DNA from: Nemertoderma westbladi
Taxonomy: Eukaryota > Animalia > Xenacoelomorpha
DNA length: 64,000 bases
Assembly (NCBI GenBank): GCA_032718475.1
Contig: JAUCBJ010008086.1
Coordinates: forward strand, 43,123-107,122
Direction: 5' to 3'
This document shows, one piece after another, positions 57,834-64,000 of this stretch. Under the pieces are notes generated by a model. That model worked only from the letters and a program-made list of their open reading frames with translations. It searched no databases and was not told the DNA's origin. Each line of letters begins with the position of its first letter. The first letter of the stretch is position 1. The position numbers were made by a program, and so were the translations under genes.

Positions 57834-58014
57834 CGCGAGTAGGACTAACGCAGAACGCAGGTGACGCGGTTGTAAGTTCTACTCTAGAACTCCAACTCAG
57901 TATCCGTTGGCACCAGGAAGTCTGACAGTGTTAGGTTTGGTGCAGTGCAGTACAGTACAATCAAAGTAATACAATCAGTATATATCACAGTCTAACAAAA
58001 GTGATTCAAAATAA

Positions 58015-58290
58015 CACATATACTACACTACACATATACTACACTACACATATACTACTCTACATATATACTACATATACTACACATATACTACACTACA
58101 CATATACTACACTACACATATACTACTCTACATATATACTACATATACTACACATATACTACACTACACATATACTACACTACACATATATTACACTACA
58201 CATATACCACTCTACATATATACTACACACATATTCTACACTACACATATACAACACTACACATATACTACACTACACATATACTACACT
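58015..58290. repeat. 16-bp minisatellite (CATATACTACACTACA)n, right part, merging into the (CTA)n tail of an RTE
   Basis: Array is continuous with ACTACTACTACTAGGAT at ~58288-58304. Confidence 0.9.
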
Positions 58291-58772
58291 ACTACTACTA
58301 GGATCGGCATGCTGCATTGCAGCTGCATTTTTAAGAATGCTGTGCCGGCTTGTCAGCAAAATTGCACCGCCACAACTCCCTATCACCCATGACATTTGCT
58401 AGATCATCCGCATCTTTAAGGCCAGTGTCCTTTAAGATGCGTCTCGAGAAAGTCATGGGCTGTCCACCATGCTTATTCACTCCATGAGGCTGCCAAAGTA
58501 CAAGATTATGCACTGGCTGGTCCTCACGGCGAAAGCAATGTCCTGCAAAGCGGAGGCGAATTTGTTCTAGTGTCAAGCTTGGGGGAACCAATGAGACACC
58601 TCCAATGTTATATAGTGTCTGGTTGGAGATGTGTGCATTGTACTTGACACAATAAACCCGGCGTAGCATTCTTGTGAATGTGCCATCCAGAGATTTTGTA
58701 TCCTCGGCAGTTAGAGCCCAGCGTGGACTCCCATAGAGGAGTACTGGAACTACTGCTGTTCTAAATAATCGA
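58288..58772 (-). mobile_element. RTE-clade LINE family A, 3' fragment with 3' UTR and (TAG)n tail
   Basis: ORF 58331-58669 is nearly identical to the end of 16621-17880; same 3' UTR AAATGCAGCTGCAATGCAGCATGCC. Confidence 0.92.
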
Positions 58773-58796
58773 ATAATGTAATATCGAATAATATTA

Positions 58797-59048
58797 GTGA
58801 ATAATTTAGAAATAATTAATTTTATTATATTTTGTGCTACTACAGTATTTTACTACATACAGGTTAATTGCGAAAAAACTTAATGTACTTAAATTGTCGT
58901 CCCACTTTTCGAGTATCTTAATCTTATTAATATTTATATAATTAATATCTACAGTAATAACATGTTATTTGTTAATATATGCTGGCTGGGCTGGCCACTA
59001 CTACTACTGTTACTATGTGAGACAATTATTAGTGTATCATCAGCGTAT
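58797..59048 (+). repeat. ~250-bp AT-rich direct repeat, second copy at 61523-61770
   Basis: GTGAATAATTTAGAAATAATTAATTTT...GTGTATCATCAGCGTATT nearly identical in both places. Confidence 0.85.
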
Positions 59049-59276
59049 TTGAGATGTTTTTTATATATGATTAACTACGTACGCTCTGTATAATTCCGGT
59101 TTGGTGTTGATAACAGAATTATTTACTTATTAGATTAATTTTTATGTACGAATTTGAACTTCTGCATTGACTTTAACACCCTGGTAGCTAAATGAATGGA
59201 AGCGGTGTTGCTGCAGGTATAAATCCTGCCTTTTAATTGATTAGGGTTAGTATATGAAACAATGCATATATTACAG

Positions 59277-59399
59277 ATATCAATGAATGCACCAATAATA
59301 CCAACACCTGCGACTCTAATGCAGAATGTGTAAATACTGCAGGAAGCTACAATTGCCATTGCAACTCCGGGTTCATTGAAAATGGAAGTAGTTGTGAAG
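59277..59399 (+). CDS. Calcium-binding EGF exon 1 of a multi-EGF host gene
   Basis: AG|..|GT, phase 1, 123 bp: DINECTNNTNTCDSNAECVNTAGSYNCHCNSGFIENGSSCE. Confidence 0.9.
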
Positions 59400-59788
59400 G
59401 TAAAGTAAATAATAATTTAGATAACAGCTCATGTCAATTATAATTAATAAATAGATCTTTAATTGAATTTTCTGAATTTGAAGTTTCTATAAAGAATTAT
59501 TAGAAGACCGTTAGGACTTCTTACTGTAAAAGTATTCTGTATCTATATATGTTTGTATCTATCTATGTATTTATATCAATCGACGAAGATCAACTCCAGG
59601 ATGTCGAATAAAAGTTTCGAAAAAATTATTCATGTGTTTCGAATATCTCCTCTACCAAAACTGCCTAAAGTTCCCTTTCTTTTCTTTCCTTCCCTTTCTT
59701 CGGTATATTTATAACATATATACAGATATATTCATGTTCGAAAGTCACTTGATAATTCTTAGAGATTTCAATGCAACTATGATAACAA

Positions 59789-60031
59789 AAAAAGCAAGCA
59801 AACAGTCGGCCGAAGCCGGAGGCGACCCGAAGGCTCCTCTTTCAATAGCTGCTACCCGAGAGTAGGGGTGGGCGCTACTCCTATCCCAAGATTTGCTCCC
59901 AGTTATTTAACTGGTACTCATTTTATCGACCCCAGTGGATGAAAGGCTGAGTGGACCCTGGCGGGGCTGAACCTACAACCATTAGATTGCAGGCCCGGCG
60001 CTCAATCAACTGAGCTACCCCGCCTCCTATG
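59789..60031 (-). mobile_element. tRNA-derived SINE with Nin/Deu-like core and 13-bp TSD
   Basis: Head GGCGGGGTAGCTCAGTTGATTGAGCG...GGTTCAGCCCC; core GGTCCACTCAGCCTTTCATCC...GGGTCGATAAAATGAGTACC; TSD ACTATGATAACAA at 59776-59788 and 60032-60044. Confidence 0.85.
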
Positions 60032-60067
60032 ACTATGATAACAAGCACGTATAAATCTTATTTTTAG

Positions 60068-60202
60068 ATGTAGATGAATGTTTCAGCAGCACTCACCCTC
60101 ACAAATGTGATTTTATGACAACTATTTGTGAAAACTCTGTTCCTCTGTACAATTGTGCCTGTCTGCAGGGATACAAACGGGTTGACGATCAAACATGTAC
60201 AG
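60068..60202 (+). CDS. Calcium-binding EGF exon 2
   Basis: 135 bp, phase 1: DVDECFSSTHPHKCDFMTTICENSVPLYNCACLQGYKRVDDQTCT. Confidence 0.88.
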
Positions 60203-60696
60203 GTATGATTATTATATTTATCATATTGTATATGTATACGACTACTATTAGGTTGATCGAGGTCGTTAGTGGTGTCCTTCCAGGCTACCTGATTCTTTAT
60301 GGTCGTTGCAATGTGCGTGCCTTATAAACAAAGCCTTTTCAATTTTTGCTAGATTTTTTTATCTGGTATTTATGTTTATAGAACAAATTTAAAAAAATAC
60401 AAAATTCTTGGAAGCATCAAAAACAAGTACAAATATAATTAATTCTATACACCCAAACATTAGAATGCACAGACTTAAAGAAAATATGGTTTTTATATGA
60501 TTACATAGATTGGATTGTAAGATGAAAGGAATCTGGTCGACTTGGGTACTCACAGCAAAGCTTTGAGGCGCTCATGACCACATAAAAAAGTATAATTATA
60601 ATTGTAGACCTTGAATTTGATTATTAATGATTCAGTTATAATTCATTAATCATATCGTTGAATAAAAATATAACCAATTTTCGTTTAATTTCACAG

Positions 60697-60834
60697 ATAT
60701 AAACGAATGTTCAGGTAGTGATTCCATTGAGCACAACTGTGACTTATCCACTACTGCCTGCATTAACATAGATGGATCATTCAAATGTGATTGCCACTCA
60801 GGATACAAACATATAAGCCCGGCCAAATGTGAAG
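60697..60834 (+). CDS. Calcium-binding EGF exon 3
   Basis: 138 bp, phase 1: DINECSGSDSIEHNCDLSTTACINIDGSFKCDCHSGYKHISPAKCE. Confidence 0.9.
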
Positions 60835-62085
60835 GTAATACAGTATTCCATATGTATTTTATTAAATTAATGTACTTCATGTACAAAGGTTACAGTAGTT
60901 AATGCAATACAGCAAGTTTCTTGGTCTAGATTGGTATTATATTAGAACAACATAATTCATCGTGTGGGTCAACTTAACATCCATATCCGTCTCTTATTTC
61001 GTCTTATTTCGTCAATATGTGTCTGAGGGTCTGTCATATCATAAGTTATCAACAAATAATCTAGCCAAGGAGACAGACAGTGGTGACACTTTCCAAATTG
61101 GGTATGCCTGCAGTCTTTTGCTGAAAGTGTTAACTTGTATAAGTCATTTGAAATTATGTTATATTTCACATAGTCCACATTGAGCATTTGTTTCTAGAAC
61201 ACTATTTAAAACCTAATTACAGATGTTTTACTTAACAACAATAAATCAACATTCAGTGGAATATTCACCTCTGAAGACACTGGCATATATAAATAAGGAA
61301 AAACTAAGCTCGATAAAATATAGTACCTCTTACTCGAGTGTGTCATTGTGACTCCTCCAGTGTACAGAATGAAGAGCACGTCCTACTGTATTGTCTGTTG
61401 ACTCGAATTTTAGAGACACGCACCATGACCTCGAATACATTAGCTTAGAAAATGTGTTTAAATGTTTTTCTAAGATTGCACCCTTTCACTTTGTAAACTA
61501 GTACATAGTGTTCTAGAGTTTTGTGAATAATTTAGAAATAATTAATTTTATTATATTTTGTGCTACTACAGTATTTTACTACATACAGGTTAATTGCGAA
61601 AAAACTTAATGTACTTAAATTGTCGTCCCACTTTTCGAGTATCTTAATCTTATTAATATTTATATAATTAATATCTACATTAATAACATGTTATTTGTTA
61701 ATATATGCTGGGCTGGCCACTACTACTACTGTTACTATGTGAGACAATTATTAGTGTATCATCAGCGTATTAAACAATGTTTAAATTATGAAATCTCTTG
61801 TCATGAATTAACGTGCAACATAAATAATATGGGCCCGATATGTGTCTGTCTCCGGTGGAATGTGTACCACTCTGATGTGGTCATGTTTATTTTTACCCTT
61901 TTTAGTTTATCATTTAGAAAGTTTTTAACTAGCGACGATCCTAGCGGCCCCTAGCGGCCCATAGTTGTCTTGTGTAATTTTAGCCAATTTTTCTTACCCA
62001 ATCAACCACCAATTTTAGGTGTTATTGTGGCAGTGTCATTAAATCATTTCAGAATACGAATATTGACTCTCGTCTAATTTCATAG

Positions 62086-62223
62086 ATATAAATGAATGCT
62101 CTGGTACTGATTCTATTGTTCACAACTGTGATTTATCCACTACTGCCTGCAGTAACATAGATGGATCATTCGAATGTGATTGTCTCTCAGGATACAAATA
62201 TTTGAGCCCTAGCAAATGTGAAG
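62086..62223 (+). CDS. Calcium-binding EGF exon 4 (recent duplicate of exon 3)
   Basis: 138 bp, phase 1: DINECSGTDSIVHNCDLSTTACSNIDGSFECDCLSGYKYLSPSKCE; the downstream intron also resembles that after exon 3. Confidence 0.9.
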
Positions 62224-62665
62224 GTAATACAGCATTCTCTATGTATTTATTTAATTGATTGGCTTCATGTACAAAGGTAACAGTTAGTTATAGCAATACA
62301 GCAATACTCATGTTGGTCTAGTTTGGAACTAGAAGAACATAATTCATTGCAGGGTAAACTAACATTAACATCTGAACATGTCTCAGTTTTGCCTTACTCC
62401 GTTCTGCTAAAGTATAGGTATGAATTAAATTGTACATACTTGGATATTCCACACTAAAAATTGTATTGTATATATTCGAAAATACACACCCTGTAAAACA
62501 GTTGTAAAAAAGGTGGTTAGATTTCATGAATTTTTATTGTATTATAAAGATGGTGTTTTCATTTGTTGTCTCCAGCAATGGTAATTTTTAGAATTTTCTA
62601 CTGGTGGGCCAAATTGGAAAAAGGGCATTTCTTATATACAGATAGTTTAGCTTTATCAAGAATTA

Positions 62666-63286
62666 TGTGACGGGATCAATGAAATCCCGACCGGATGAGT
62701 TGTTTCGTACGCGTCACCGATGTGATGGAAAAGGTTCGAAATTGATGTTATCTTTCGCCGTTATGTATAATAGTACAAGAGTTATGTATGATAGCACAAT
62801 AGTTATGTATAATACAGTAGCACAAGAGATATAATGAGTTGATATGACAGTAATATTGACGGCAACGGTGACGGTAAAACAATGTCCTCCGTCTGCACTG
62901 AAACCGGTAACTGGACTAACTAAACTAATGTATTGGTATGTAGGTTGATAATATATGACACACCAGTATTAGCTCATTGCTACACTACTGTGGCCCTTTA
63001 CCTAGCGGATGCTCTCCTTCGCCCCTATTGGCTAATAACCTACTTCATGCCTCTCGCTCTCTCTGGGAGTGTTTCCCCCCCCTGTTGGCCCCTGTTGGTT
63101 ATTTTTCCCTCTCGAGGTGGTTTGACCTCTAACCTCCCTTTGTGTGGCTTTGGGGTTTGTGTTGTCCCCGGTTATTGGGTTATGATACGAGATTGGTTGT
63201 TATCGATCTCGTATCTCCAATATTGCTGAAAAGGCGCCACTGTCCTAACTTATGAGGGTAATGAGGCGGAATTGAATCCGCTCACA
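62666..63286 (-). mobile_element. Solo LTR (621 bp) related to LTR 40733-41298, with 5-bp TSD
   Basis: Minus strand TGTGAGCGGATTCAATTCCGC...GATCCCGTCACA; AATTA on both sides (62661-62665, 63287-63291). Confidence 0.88.
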
Positions 63287-63967
63287 AATTAAATCTATTA
63301 TATTCTATTCTACTAATACTATATTATATTATATTATTAGTTCAATATAGAGATGGACCTCCCTCGTAAAAGTTTATATAACCAAATAAGTATTGTACTA
63401 TTTGACTAATATCTGAATATAATAAAGCAGTAGTCTGTATAAAGCAGATAAAAAACCGTCTTTACTGCGAAATAGCAGCATATTTGAAAGAAGAAAATGT
63501 CCCTACAGTAAGTCCCTACAGCCGGACACCCGGTATGGGAAAACCCGTTGAGACGTGTCTTCTAGTCTCCATAGTCTACCCGTAATTAAGAAGCTCTTAG
63601 CTTCTTTCCTGTCTCAATTTTTCTGAAGATTTTTGTTGTTGGGCATGAAGAAAAAAAAGAAAAAAAACTGGATTGCTCCCTGATTGGCTAGAGCTACAAC
63701 ATCTTCTTTAGGCCTTCCCAAGCAGCCTTTAATCAGCCTTGATAGGCAGGCAGACTGTTGGTAGAAGTTCATTCATTCCCTATCCATCCACTCATACTGC
63801 ATGTAGGTGGATATGTGTGTGTTTAGGTCAATGACATCAATATTATTACTAACTTAAAAGGAATACTAATATTCCCTACAACCTGAGGTGTGTGTTTATC
63901 AGTTTATTAACTGATGAATGAAATAAATTATTGTTTTACGAAAGTGATTACTTGTGTAAGCTTACTT

Positions 63968-64000
63968 AGGGGTCATCCATAAAAGACGTCCGAGCTAGAG
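63968..64000 (+). mobile_element. Probable left terminus of a MITE like the one at 21130-22370
   Basis: GGGGTCATCCATAAAAGACGTC resembles GGGGCCGTCCAAGTAAGACGTC, the reverse complement of the MITE end at 22370. Confidence 0.4.

Larger units (their letters stand above)
53384..58014 (-). mobile_element. CRE-like non-LTR retrotransposon (RT plus restriction-like endonuclease), apparently full length
   Basis: Poly(A) tail (T9 at 53384-53392); RPIGIGE.LRR, VDASNAFN, GTTQGDPL, WFADD; CDGC......HGLNC..GG..RHN..RD, RCD, IDIRV, E..K...Y RLE motifs; N-terminal Cys cluster. Confidence 0.88.

Noticed and set aside
59955-60027. Possible tRNA gene on the minus strand
   Set aside because: Head of a SINE with core, tail and TSD

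Overview
AT-rich animal (invertebrate-like) genomic DNA, dominated by nested transposable elements. Only two host genes are visible: a two-exon secreted fibrinogen-domain (FReD) gene at 829-2560, and four calcium-binding EGF exons at 59277-62223. The centre of the window holds two related copies of an unusually large BEL/Pao LTR retrotransposon. Copy 1 (23111-40732) has a 1.29-kb 5' LTR, a 2.3-kb repeat-rich leader, gag-pol, a 1.6-kb spacer and an extra 1415-aa ORF with a DEDDy-type 3'-5' exonuclease-like domain and Cys/His knuckles. Copy 2 (41975-53292) is a non-autonomous gag-protease-only derivative with near-identical LTRs. The most striking observation is that neither copy has a tRNA primer-binding site. 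Instead, the 11-12 nt directly after each 5' LTR are perfectly complementary to a segment at the homologous position inside that LTR. The two copies differ in sequence there yet both keep the pairing, which suggests tRNA-independent self-priming. A third LTR family nested between them shows the same arrangement over 9 nt. Also present are RTE LINE fragments (one with a ~94-bp target duplication), a CRE-like RT-RLE element inside a minisatellite, Copia and Gypsy relics, a decayed transposase, SINEs and MITEs. All family calls come from motif recognition by eye, not database searches.
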